The position numbers and the translations under genes are program-made. From assembly GCA_002189035.1 (NCBI GenBank), contig CM007990.1:4464001-4528000 (forward strand): a DNA stretch of 64,000 nucleotides, in the 5' to 3' direction. This DNA is from Utricularia gibba (lineage: Eukaryota > Plantae > Magnoliophyta). Each line of letters opens with the position of its first letter. Position 1 is the first letter of the stretch. The notes under the pieces are model-generated. The model ran no database searches and was not told the DNA's origin. It was given only the letters and a program-made list of their open reading frames with translations. Below, piece after piece: positions 11,811 through 23,864 of the stretch.

Positions 11811-12046
11811 GTACAAATACCATGAGAGAATGAAGAATATCAGAGCTCAAGCTGTTCCAGGAACACATTCCCTTCCATTTCCTTACCAAGTTGGCGCAGT
11901 CAAGCTGGAACATCAGCAACCCTCCGCCACCAACGAAATCATATCTGGCATGACTACTCTGTGTAAGATCTTGCACACAATTTTAGTCCAGAAAAACATG
12001 CAAGTATCAAAAAAAAAGTTGCTTCCAGAATCAATCTAGGCTTTCT

Positions 12047-14168
12047 CTAGTTACCCGCAACAAGCAGGTTTCTCGAAGAGTCTAAAAATGCAATCAGCTT
12101 GGCAGGGCAAGAAATAGAAGACGCACTAAGAAGTTGCAGAAAGGTGGGATCTTGCGTCACTAATTTTTGCCTCCAACTCTCCCCTAATTCACTCTGGTTA
12201 CATATCAAACAATAAGTTCCACCCAATGCAATGCAGAACTCCCTAAACAGATGATCCTCCATGGTTTCCTTCAGATCAACAGAAACATCTCCTAAACTTT
12301 CAGGTGTAGCAGAAGCTTCCATTTTCAAACCAATGCTTCGAATGCGGTCAAGGTTGAAAAAAAGAAGCTGCACAATTTGTGGCAACGAGCTGTCCTTGTT
12401 GCTGCTATCATCATCCATTGATTGGCAGAGCAGGGTCAAGTTGGCCAAAGCAAATCGAGTGATGAGGATGAAGAAGTCTCTAAAATCCATGCCTAGAGGA
12501 AAACAGGGTCATATATACACGTTCCTCTGCATTGCCATAAAGAAACAATCACCTGCATTGGCAGCAAGATTTCTCTGACAAAGCCCTTCAAAATCATCAC
12601 AGATGTCCTTGATATCTTCAATGTATCCCCTTGCCTCCTTGTATTCTCTTAAAAGCAAATCCCACTAGTGTGGTATGCATAGAAATTCACAAACACTTGG
12701 TTTTTCATATAGGAGGTTAACTACTCCAAATGATGTTTATCTTCTTACCACATCAGACAGGTTGTATCCATTGAACCAATTGTGGTTGATTGATACAGTT
12801 TCTTCCTGAAAATTACAGTGCATAGTTGAAATCAGCGCCTTAAAACAAGCCCCTTTCATAAAATGATCCAGAATACCAGATTATGAACTTGATGGTACCA
12901 CCCGCTTGGAACGAAGATGATTTCATTCTGCTCCTGAGTGCATTCCCACCATATTGCCTAGATTAACATAACTACCGGTTGATTATAAATCACATATTGC
13001 AACACGACTGGAAAAAAATGATCTTTTTATGCACAACCTTTTCAAACCCGGGGAACTTAGACGAGCATACGTCTTCAAAGATATTGTACACGGAAGACTT
13101 CATATATCTAGCATTACATATGAATCAGAGCTCATTCTCAAGATGGAAAAAGCAGCATCCTATCTTGAAGATATGCTACAATGTATATGACAGTTATAAA
13201 AGACGTATGCCAAGTGTGTTTAAAATGCTTATCGACATCGAAAGTTGAACAAAAATAAGAATCAAACTCTATTAATCCACACCCGAGTGCTTGGGAATAC
13301 CTGTCAAAAACAAGGTGAGCTTGGCTTGGAGGAAGAAAATACCATTGTTTTCGACCACAAACATTGGCTGACCAGCTATAGGATCTGAAAACATCAGCAT
13401 GAAGTGGCGTCCATGTGCCTGAAAATGGAACCCCTTTTATGGCATTGCTTTGTTTGAGTAAGATCACAATCTTGTTGGGTGTGAGTGAAAACCTTTCTCT
13501 CCCATGTACACAAATCGGTAATCTGAGCAACGAGGTTCGTTTATTTTTCCATAACTTTCCGAATGGTCATGCATACGATACTTATCAAGATAGATATTCA
13601 ACCAGTCATCAAGGAAAAACAATGGTGTACTGTAAGCAACGTATTGTGGATACTCCTGCGTAACAGAAACTAGGAGATGATAAACGCCTCAAAGAGCAAC
13701 AGTAGGAGAGAAAGAATGCATATTTGCAGGACACAGAAAAAAAACACCTTAACAAAATGCCAGTCCTTCAAATACAACAAAGAACTCCCCCTATCAACAT
13801 CATGATTCAAGCAGCAGTCAATGAACTCCGCCACAGACATGTCTACCCTCTTTTGATCCGAGAATTCCCTGGTACTACAATCCGCAACCTAAGCAACGTA
13901 GAATCAGAAATGCTTTTTTATCGCAAAGAGAAATCAAGACGCAGAGGGGACAGCGTACCTGGACTCTAGAGGCGCCGAAATGCTCAGAGAAGAAGCGGAG
14001 ATCGGGCTTCACGTCATCAATTACCCATTCCTTGCACGCCTTCCATCCCTCCGTAAGTCCTGTTAGGACCACCGGCCGGTTCCCGTCAAGGTATCGCGCC
14101 GCGAAATCCACATAACTCAGTTCCCTACCATTAACCTTCTCTACTGTCCCTTGGATTTTCAGGGCCAT
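12047..14168 (-). CDS. JmjC-domain 2-oxoglutarate/Fe(II) oxygenase, JMJD4-like (8 exons)
   Basis: Spliced exons give YLKDWHFVK, DYRFVYMG, TWTPLHADVFRSYSWSANVCGRKQW (HxD), FVPSGWYHQVHNL (distal His) and INHNWFN. Junctions are in phase. Confidence 0.9.
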
Positions 14169-14788
14169 CTTTGCCTCTGGGGTTAAGTGTATTCTACCGC
14201 CTGTCAATGAAAACACGCCATTGAAGTTTACGGATTGGAGGAGGTGGCAAAACACAATTGGAATTGCTTGGTTATGTGATAAATCTTGACATAATTGTTT
14301 GACGCGGCGCACACTCCATCGGAGAGTTTGCAATGTATATGGCACTGGGACACGCTTCGAGGATCTACCCTAGTGAAGTTTCAAATAAAAAACCTTGATC
14401 GGCTGCAGGTAATTGCCGATGGTTGGCGGACTAAACCGGCTAAAGATTCCAACTTTCTTCCTTTGTGAAATGAACAGTAAAACTCAAGTAAGAAAAATAT
14501 GTATGAATGAACCAGTGGAACATCGAATTCGGCTGATGAGATTATGCTCTTAAGCACTTTTTGCTGGGGCATACTGGAAAGAATCTTGTCAACAACACAA
14601 GTTTCCAACATTCATATGGCACATCAGAAGCGCAAGGACAACCAATTGCACAATGTACCAAATATAGGTAAAAGCCATGTTTCAGAAACAGAATGAGAAG
14701 GTTGATTCTCTTCACCAGAGACCACATACATCACAGTAACATAAAAAGGTCTAAAACTATAACCATTGAATAAAAACTCCATTTTTAA

Positions 14789-15229
14789 TCACGCAGTGAG
14801 CAAAACGGCACCTCCAGCCTCCTTGATCTTTTTCTCAGCATTCTTCGAGACAAGCTTCGCCTTCACCACAACAGGCTGATCCTCCGGCAGCGTTCCCTTA
14901 CCCAAAACCTTGAAATACCCAAATTGAGTGACGTCAATCAAAGGCACGTTATCCTTCGACGCCTTCTCCTTCACATCCTTCGGCACCATCGACCACAGCC
15001 TGTCGACGTTGACCGTCGGACAGAAGAACTTGTTACGCAGCTTGTGGAAGTACCGCATACCCACCTTCCCGAAGTAACCAGGATGATACTTATCGAATAG
15101 GATACGGTGGTGGTGCATTCCTCCGGCGTTTCCCCGACCACCGGGATGCTTCCTGTGCTTCCCGATACGCCCATGTCCGGCACTGACGTGGCCCCGCTTC
15201 TTCCTGTTTTTCCTCAATCGAGTAGTCAT
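14789..15229 (-). CDS. RPL27a: 60S ribosomal protein L27a (uL15), intronless, 146 aa
   Basis: [37 protein letters not shown]...[14 protein letters not shown]...GGAVLLTA*. Confidence 0.98.
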   Translation of the reverse strand: MTTRLRKNRKKRGHVSAGHGRIGKHRKHPGGRGNAGGMHHHRILFDKYHPGYFGKVGMRYFHKLRNKFFCPTVNVDRLWSMVPKDVKEKASKDNVPLIDVTQFGYFKVLGKGTLPEDQPVVVKAKLVSKNAEKKIKEAGGAVLLTA

Positions 15230-15284
15230 TTCCGATCGGCCGCTGCGCTGGGAGGAAACCAAGAATGAAACGGCCTCCACAGCA

Positions 15285-15420
15285 TAGGGTTTTCCAAGGA
15301 TATGAAATTTTCAGACTTTCCAAAGGCCCAACTATTTTTCCGAATATGAGGCCCAATTACTCATTCGGGCTGCTACGATTGTTTAATAATAAACCAAATT
15401 AAATAAAATTCAAGCCCATA
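15285..15420 (-). promoter_or_regulatory. Telo-box plus site II elements (ribosomal-protein type promoter)
   Basis: AAACCCTA on the minus strand at 15292-15285, and GGCCCA/AGCCCA motifs at about 15325, 15350 and 15413, directly upstream of RPL27a. Confidence 0.75.
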
Positions 15421-15904
15421 TTTAGGAATATAATAAATAAATGATTAAACTTTTCCCTTTAATATAATGATTACTTCGATAATATTTATGATATTATAAA
15501 AGACTATTTTTTATAATATTTTATAACCATTAAATAAAAAATAAAATTAATTAATTATGTATTATAATTTTAATCATATTTTTCGAATTTTTTTAATTTA
15601 CGTCCATTTTTAATCAGTTTTGGATTGGTTTGGATTTACAGCCGAATGATTTCCATCTCGACAGTTTACTGGAAGTTTCTAAGAAGGTTGGCGTGTCGCT
15701 CTTACCGTTGATGAAAAGCTTACACGTCATCGCTATCCTTTTTAAACTTTAGTTATTTTAATTTAACCATATTAGGGAACATTGGGAATGTAGAAGAAAA
15801 GGAAATCTGCTTCGTTTCAACGTTCCCTGAGTATGCTATAAATATCGGTGAATCCGCGCTCTGAGTTCTGTCAGGAAAAATTTGGATATTTTTCAGTTCG
15901 AACT

Positions 15905-16485
15905 ATGGGTTTGACAGTGAAATCCGACGTGAATCCGATCAGGTTTCTTTACAGCTACGGCGGTAGGATTGTTCTCCGTCCCTCCGACGGTAAACTTCGC
16001 TACGTCGGCGGCCACACGCGCGTCCTCTCCGTTGTTCGATCGATCACGTACTCAGGCAACTTTCGTATTCGATTTACCTCGATTCTTGTGGAATTTTTTT
16101 TTTTTTTTTTATGATTTGGAGTTTATTGATTCGGTTCTGTAATGGTTTCTCAGAGTTGATGGCGAAATTTGAGGAAGCGTGCGGTTCTCCTGTGGTTTTG
16201 AAATGCAATTTACCGAGTGAGGATTCGGATGTGTTGGTTTCGATCAGATCTGTGGAGGAACTTCGGAGTGTGATCGAGGAGTACGAGATCGCAGCGCCGG
16301 AATTGAAAATAAGGGCGTTTCTTTTTCCGATGAAGAAAATTTCTCAACCTTCTTCTCCTATGTCCTGTTTTGATTTCCCTTCGGCTCCAAAGCAACGTCC
16401 AAAATCTTCTCCGCGTTTCCGCTGCTTTCATCCGGCCATCGGATATCCCGTCAAATGCCGCCACAACATCGCGAGGAATCACTAA
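15905..16485 (+). CDS. PB1 (octicosapeptide/Phox/Bem1p) domain protein; exons 15905-16055, 16154-16485
   Basis: IRFLYSYGGRIVLRPSDGKLRYVGGHTRVLSV followed by LKCNLPSEDSDVLVSIRS.EEL...EEYE. The intron appears to be GC-AG. Confidence 0.88.
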
Positions 16486-17177
16486 CTAGGAGCGGACTTT
16501 TTCAACGCCGCCAAGGACCGGGGCGAGCTCCATTCCGTAGAGGCTCGAAGAGGGGCTTACTAACCGAAAAGCCGAAGAAGGCGACGCCATCGAGTCTACT
16601 ATACTACCGAAAGGCGGCACGCAAATCAGCAAGGATCTCGTGTAGTTTTCTTTGTTCTCATGGCGAGTGCAGGGTGCTATCGAGACGCCAGTAGAGCCGA
16701 TTTTAGCGAAGATCCGCTCATATGCTGCATGAGCGGCGGCAATGGAAGGCGACCCTCATTTCTTCCAGACTTTTGAATATATTTCGCGAACTTTACTCTT
16801 GGTTCCGATGATTCCCAATGCTCAAATTTCCATAGGGAAAGAGGCTATTTTGATGCACGCTTATTCTGCCGACAAGGCCGAGGTTGCATTACCCTTCAGT
16901 GATGCTCAACGGCGCCAGACAGCTCCTACACCCAATTCTTCACTGGGGTGGTTGTGTAAGGTTCAGAACCCGCAAACAAGGAAAGCACTGCAGAAGCTGC
17001 CCTTCGGATGTAATTGCAAGCCCAGAGTAGCAAATTACTTTCACACCCATTGGCTATTAAGCTAAATGGGCCACGTTAAAAGCTATTTGGGCTACGGGCC
17101 AGGGATGTTAAGTCTACCGGGTTTTTGTGCTTCGTTGAATAAACCGTTACTCTGTGTTCGTTGACAGCATCCAAGAC

Positions 17178-19070
17178 ATGGATCCCAATCCGAAAAATTT
17201 CCCCATCCTCTCCTACGTGATTTCCAAGATTCCTCCGGGAATCAAACGCTCGATCTCCAGCGCGGCCGAAGGTTCTGATGTGGAGAATCCGCTGGAGGTG
17301 GAGCTCAGGCCGAGAGAGCCTTATTTTGAGATCACGGAGCGGATGCCGCACCTCAAGAATCCCGCGCTTATCTCCGCTATGCGGAGCGCCGTCAGTGATG
17401 TCGTGCAGAGTCGATCAACGCTTCAAGCTCTGGGAAAGCGTCCTGACCATGAGACCATCGAGGCGGCTCGACTTAGGTTGTCGCAGACTGAGGCTCGTTC
17501 ATCGGAGGATTCTGCTGAAGTGATGGAGGAGATTGAGTTGTATAAGGTGGTGCTTTCACTTGATCAGATGCACGATGCGTATGAGAAGATGCTGAGCGAC
17601 GCGGAGATGAAGTTGGAAAAAATTTACGAGGCGGCGTTGGCAGGAAGTGAAGTGATTGAGGAGGAGACTGTGAATGACGAGGTCGGGATGGATGAGGAAG
17701 TCGTGCGTCTTCTGAAGGAGGCGGAGTCGGGGAAAGAGATCAAGGCTGTAAATTTGTCTAGTAGGAATTTGAGGATTTTTCCCGAGGCGTTCGGAAAAGT
17801 GAAGTCGCTGGTTGTACTGGATTTGTCCAATAATCAGCTCCAGGTAAATTTATTAAATGCCACATTATTCGGGTATTGAGATTGTACGATTAGATTTGTT
17901 GCTTGGCTTGGCCATTCTGTATTTGGTAGCCATATTTCTTGGAGCATGATGGGATTCTGATGAGTTTATTTTGCACCTAACAGCGTGATGCATCCCATTA
18001 TCATTTTAGCATCCTGAGATAATCTGCAGCTGCGTATGTTATGCAGCTGCTTTGCATACACAATGTTATTCATCGTTATTGGAAATAGAACTACAATTTA
18101 TGTTCGAAATCTTGGCAATGTTAACGCTGCGTCTTTATTCTGTTTTTCATTGGCAGTAACACTTGTTTCTTAATTTGAGCAAAACAGGTACTTCCTGATT
18201 CAATTGCTGGATTGGAAAATCTCGAGGCACTCCATCTCTCAGGAAATCTTTTAGTGTCATTGCCTGATTCCATTGGCCTGTTGTTCAAGCTAAAGTTCTT
18301 AGATGTTTCCGGGAACAAGCTTATTGCGCTTCCTGACAGTATTTCTCAGTGCAGGTGAAAATTTTCCTGTAAAAGATTATCTGTGCATCTTCCTTCGGAT
18401 TGCTAATACGTGTCACACTGACAGGATGCTGGAGGAGTTGGATGCAAGCTTCAACAGGCTTACCTTTCTTCCAACTAATATTGGGCTTGAACTTGTGAAT
18501 CTGAAACGGTTGTCAATCCAACTTAATAAAATTGGCTATCTTCCTGCATCTATTGGCGAGATGAAGTCTTTGCGTATTTTGGATGCACACTTCAATGAGC
18601 TCCATGGGCTTCCGGATTCCATCGGGAAACTCACAAGTCTAGAAATCCTCAATCTCAATGGCAACTTCAATGATCTGACGGAGCTTCCTGATACAATTTC
18701 TGAGCTGATCAACCTCAAGGAACTTGATCTGAGTAACAACCAGATTCATGCACTGCCTGAAACCTTTGGGTTCCTGCAGAGTTTATCTAAACTGAATTTG
18801 GACCAGAACCCCATTGCTATACCTCCCAGCAACGTTGTGGCTGAAGGTGTCGATGCTGTGAGGTCTTATATGATGCAAAGGTGGGAAGATATATCGAAGG
18901 AAAATGAACGTATAAGCATTGAAATGCAGCAACAATCAGAAGCCAGCTTGGTGATGCGAAGCACCTCTTGGCTGAATAATTTGGTCACCACCGTCGCTGG
19001 TTCCGTTTCAGAATACCTAGGAAGCCCCAAAAACTCCAACCTGGATCCTGCCCTGAATCAACAACTGTAG
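17178..19070 (+). CDS. PIRL: Plant intracellular Ras-group-related LRR protein (PIRL1/9-like); exons 17178-17843, 18188-18354, 18425-19070
   Basis: [15 protein letters not shown]-terminus, a coiled-coil region, about 9 LRRs ([41 protein letters not shown]) and a GVDAVRSYM motif. Confidence 0.92.
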
Positions 19071-20032
19071 CAGCACATCTCCTCGATTGGAAAGAAAACC
19101 ACTTGTTTCCATAAGCTTGTGACTGAGCCAAGAGATGCTTCTGACTCTCGTAATAAGGAAACTAAGGGAGGCACGGCCAGACTGTTCTATAGGTTTCGAA
19201 ACCTCCAGTGTCGTTACAGTCCCACTGTGCAAGGTTGGTGTTTTTTGCATTCAAGCTTAGCTTTGTTTAAGCCTTGTCCAATTCCACAGAATAATGTCGT
19301 TCTGCCTGACAGTTTTTTCCCTCTTGATACTTAAGAGATGACGAGAGTTAGCTTTCCACTCTGTGCTCTCAACTGTTGCTACAGTTGCAATCTGATGTCG
19401 ACCAGCGGCAGTCAAGCCGACACTGCAGGACAGCGCGTGCAATTTGATCTGATCCCAGAAACACAGAATCCAAAGGGGTTTTTAAGGATTAAAAAATTTT
19501 ACTTCAAGTGAAAAAAAACATAATCATTGGATTTTCATAGTCGTGGGAATGTCTCGGTGTACCTTATTTCCGTGTTCAACTCCATAGCACGAGCAAAAAT
19601 GAGATGGAAGTTTGACCTGGGTGGAATTGAAGAAGTTCCTGTGCACGACACGGTGGTGCCGCTTCCAGTTACATGGCTGCAGAATTCTGACAAAAAGTCC
19701 AACGTTGGACTCGACATAGGTCGGCCGGTGTGCACCAAAGACTCCGAAGCAGTGCTAGACTTCGAAACCGTGGACACCGTCGTCAACCCCCTCGATCAGC
19801 AATAATGGGAAACATGGACAGGTAACTCAGCACCATCTCCAGCTCTACTGTTTTTCCCACCCTTACTTTTCCAGATAATAAACAGATGGTCCTTATTCAT
19901 AGCTCAATCATTTCTTCTGAAATTTCACACACTGTCACCAACGACGTCTATATATTCCTCTGTCTCTCTTACAAGGTTTAATCTCATCTTTTTTGACATG
20001 TGTTCCTGGTTTCCGGGGTTTCTCCTCTGGAA

Positions 20033-20911
20033 ATGAACGTGATTCAGGAAACGTTTACAGGGGGGATTCCGGCGTGCTTCTCTTCAGGGGAAAAGGTGAA
20101 CGATGAAACTGCACTCACGAGGGCGGGACAGAGCGTAATTGTTTCGGTTTATCGCACAAAGGTAGCGGATCAGTGTCGCTTGATTACAGTGACATGGTGC
20201 AAGAACTTTCTGTTACATGGGTTATCGATTTCGATTGAGGGCCCGGAGGGCGAGACGCAGTACACATGTAAAATCGATATGAAGCCGTGGTACTTGAGGA
20301 AGAAGCATGGCTCTAAGCGCTTTCTGGTGGATGCGAAGGCGGTCTACGTTTTCTGGGATCTCAGAGTTGCTAGATTTGCCGGTGACGCCGAGCCGGTATC
20401 GGAGTATTACGTGGCAGTCATCTGCGACGAGCAAGTGGTGCTTCATCTTGGGAACATGAGGAAAGAAGCGTACAGGAAAACAGGGTGCCGGCCTTCTTTG
20501 ATCGACCCCATTTTAGTATCCAGGAAAGAACACGTTTTTGGGAGGAGGAAGTTCGTCACGAGAGTCCGGTTTCAAGAGAAAGGGAACTTCAATGAGATAT
20601 CAATTGAGTGCAAGGATAGAAACAGAATCCAACCAGAGATGGAGATAACAATCAATGGGATTTCAATGATTCAAGTGAAGCAATTGCAGTGGAACTTCAG
20701 AGGAAATCAGTCTATCACTCTCAACAAGATGAGAATAGAAGTGTATTGGGATGTTCATGATTGGCTATTCAGCCCTGGTTTGCATCATGGGTCCTTCATC
20801 TTCAAGCCATGCTTAGATTCAGTTACAGGGGCCGGGGAGGAGTCAACAACAAGCCATGGCCTCAGTGGAGGTGATTTCGCCTTGTTTCTGTATGCTTGGA
20901 AGGTGGAATGA
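20033..20911 (+). CDS. DUF868 family plant protein, intronless
   Basis: IPACFSSGEK, QSVIVSVYRTK, LITVTWCKN, KPWYLRKKHGSK, VFWDLR.A.F, EPVSEYYVA, LQWNFRGNQ, VYWDVHDW and FALFLYAWKVE*. Confidence 0.88.
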   Translation: MNVIQETFTGGIPACFSSGEKVNDETALTRAGQSVIVSVYRTKVADQCRLITVTWCKNFLLHGLSISIEGPEGETQYTCKIDMKPWYLRKKHGSKRFLVDAKAVYVFWDLRVARFAGDAEPVSEYYVAVICDEQVVLHLGNMRKEAYRKTGCRPSLIDPILVSRKEHVFGRRKFVTRVRFQEKGNFNEISIECKDRNRIQPEMEITINGISMIQVKQLQWNFRGNQSITLNKMRIEVYWDVHDWLFSPGLHHGSFIFKPCLDSVTGAGEESTTSHGLSGGDFALFLYAWKVE

Positions 20912-21428
20912 GATTCTCCGACAAGAACTAATATGGGATTCTCTTCATCCAAAGTTATTGTACATTCTTTTGCAGTAGTTATGAAAGTGGGATTTGAATC
21001 ATCTATCTTACACATAAATTTCTGCTAAATCCTGGTGGTTTGAACGCAAGAAAATTGATCACTCTGGTTTTGGTAACATAGGTTATATGGCATGTTTGTG
21101 ACTTCCATTCCAACAATTATCAGGCAGCAGAAAAAAGAAAGATTGAATTGGGAAAAGAAGCGCAATGCACATGGGTGGCCCCCAATTGATTGATGTTAGG
21201 CTAGTTTACAGCTGGGGAGATGATTCAAGAAGATGACACATTAGATATCAAACCAAACAAGCACCAATCTCGAGTCATGCCCCATGTTCCATGTTTCTTG
21301 TTTTCTTTTATGGAATCTTGATATTTGGTTGTGACATTGGAACAACTTCATTAAAAGATTCACAAGTTGAATGGGCAGGGAGCTAGTGGGGTGGACAGTG
21401 AGTTGGTTCCCAGTTTTGTGACAACACG

Positions 21429-21456
21429 GGGTTTAGGGTTTAGGGCCCTAAACCCC
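21429..21456. repeat. Short head-to-head plant telomeric-repeat (telo-box) palindrome
   Basis: GGGTTTAGGGTTTAGGG followed by CCCTAAACCCC. Positions 21436-21455 form an exact 20-bp palindrome. Confidence 0.7.
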
Positions 21457-22699
21457 AAACCAAACATCCAATCTACAGGCATGCACCATACCTCTTTTTT
21501 TTAGTGCTTTGGATTGACGATATTATGTTATGTTAACAGTGGCTCCTAGTGGAGCTAATGTGTTGGAAGCTCTGTGCAGTGTGCATTAATTCTGGTTTAA
21601 TTCACTAATGACAACCATTTGAGTTTTCTGACCAACAGTACAAAAGCTAATGATTGAGATGGTGGAATTTGTTAGCGGGTTGGATCACCCCATCGATATA
21701 GATTCAACACGAGGACCTTCTAATAATGGACCTATGACAAAGCCAACCCACAAGAAAATGGACCAACCCAGGAACACAGATTTGAATTTTCTGATAGTTT
21801 TCTTACACATTGACTGTAGCTGTATGCCTTGCGTGTCCAATCTGACTCTTCCTGAAGTTACTGGTGTTTTGTTTTCAAGTGGGTGAACAGAGTTTGCAGC
21901 CGGCGTTATGAACACAGTTAGATTGGTGTTTAGGGAACACTAGGTTATATTTTCTGTGTGTTTTCTGTTCGAAAAGTGCAATAGATTGTGTTGTTTTTAT
22001 TCCCTGTAACTGCATCACCCATGCCCCAGAGTCCGGTATCGCGCAATCGAAGGGAAATCTCCCGCTCCGGTGCTTCTTGGGAGCGGTGCCTGTAGTGAGT
22101 GCAATCGAAGGGAAATCCTCGTCTTGGATTCGTGTGACGAATGCATCCTGAAATGGTTTCAGGAAGTGCATCTGATGTGCTGCTGTTTTGTTGGATTGTT
22201 TTTGTTCCCCTGGCTTTCGGAGGTTTATTGTTGCGATCATGCTGCAGTCTGCAGTTTTCATTTGCGGCTACCTTCAGTGCCGTTCCATCCTCCCTACTCC
22301 AGTTCCATGTCTTGAGAAACAACCCTTTTAGCCACACCTTGGAAACCGCTCCTAGCGGAAAGCAGCCTTCCCAGGACGATTTCCGGCCACGCACGGCGAT
22401 GAAGCTCTTCTGAACAATGGCTTAGTCCTTGAGGAGGTCCCTTACCCATATTCTTTTAGTGTTTCTGCAGAAATGAAGAAGCTTGAAGCCTTGGAAGAAA
22501 CTTCCATGCCCATGAGTTTGATCCTCCTCTGCAGGCTGCTCCGGAAGGACAAAGGAAGAAGAGAAACCGATCCCCCTGCAAAGGTTTCTTCTCGGGAGCA
22601 TCCTATCTCATCCATGGCTATATGATTTTGGCATGGTGATTCGGTTTTGTTGCATATGATGTCGCATGTCTAGTTTGTCATAGGCTAGAATTCCATCTT

Positions 22700-22980
22700 T
22701 ATGATCTAGTAAGCTGTATGAATGCTTGTCTCAATGAACCAACATCTCTTTGCAGACAGAATCAACCTATCAAACTCCATTGTAATGATCTAGTAAATTG
22801 TATGAATGCTTGTCTTAATGAAACAGCATCTCCTGGCTCTCCATTCTATCTACACCAGACAGAATCAACCTATCAAACTCCATTTTAATGATCTAGTAAA
22901 TTGTATAAATGCTTGTCTTAATGAAACAGCATCTCCTGGCTCTCCATTCTATCCACACCAGACAGTAGCAGCCTATCATT
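22700..22980. repeat. Tandem triplication (about 103-bp unit, first copy degenerate) spanning the stop codon of the diphosphatase gene
   Basis: The unit (A)ATGATCTAGTAA(A/G)(T/C)TGTAT...GCTTGTCT..AATGAA...CAGACAG starts at about 22700, 22784 and 22887. Confidence 0.9.
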
Positions 22981-23864
22981 GAAAAGATCAACATGTCCAA
23001 AGGCATCTGTCCCTGGGGGCACTCCAGTGCTGCTTCGAGAACACGGTGGTGTACTCCTTGCGAATCCACAGCGTATCCACCTTTGTGATCATGTCCGGCG
23101 AGGCAAACCTTTACGCAGTCGTATCGGTGTATTAGTTCCAAAACTTCATCGTAGTTCCATAAGAGAGCTTCATTGGAAGATGAGCGAGGCTCCAATGGTA
23201 GGTGGCAGCAGATCACTACTTTCTGGTTTAGATATGTTGCGTCTTCAAGTACATTCTGAAGCCACACCATCTGTTCTTGTCCTATGCCTCCATTGAACAT
23301 CACAAACCTTCTTTCTGGCCCGAAAAGTCCATTCGGGCTATTCTTGTCTGAATTCGGATTCCTCTCATTAAGAATCTCAAGGGCCTTCACTGTGTTGGGA
23401 TGATCCTTGGGCCAACCTATGGCACTGATATCGTAGCCATCGAGAACGACGAATCGAAATTCTGATACGGGGGAAAAATCGTAGTAGGCTTGACCATGAA
23501 TGTTCAACAAAGGAAGCAGCTTTTCACGAGGAAGATTGTAGAGACAGTGGTTCCCAATAAGATGATAAACAGGGCCATCAAAAGTCATGAACTCAGATGC
23601 AATCTTCTCCACAGCTGCTCGAGAATGGGCTTTGGGGCAGAAACCATCTACAATATCTCCAAAGTTAACAGCAAACCTCAGCCTTTTCTCATTCCAATTC
23701 TTCACTGCTCTTTGCAAAACAAGCGCGCTGTGCCGGTAAAAGCGAGGCACACCAAGAAAGGAACGGCCATCCGGTATATCTGCGTACTGAACATCGGATA
23801 TAATACCAAACGAAACAAGAGGCTGCTTTGCCTGTGCACCCACAACCCCCTTCATGTATGCCAT
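22918..23864 (-). CDS. Manganese-dependent ADP-ribose/CDP-alcohol diphosphatase (metallophosphoesterase), intronless; frameshift in G-run 23015-23019
   Basis: FGIISDVQYAD, NFGDIVDG, LIGNHCLYN, CCHLP and LAGHDH motifs. Adding one base restores ECPPGTDAFGHVDLFNDRLLLSGVDRMESQEMLFH* (TAA 22920-22918). Confidence 0.92.

Noticed and set aside
21490-21530. miR159/319-like sequence (CTTTGGATTGA)
   Set aside because: Only about 11 nt match and there is no fold-back partner.
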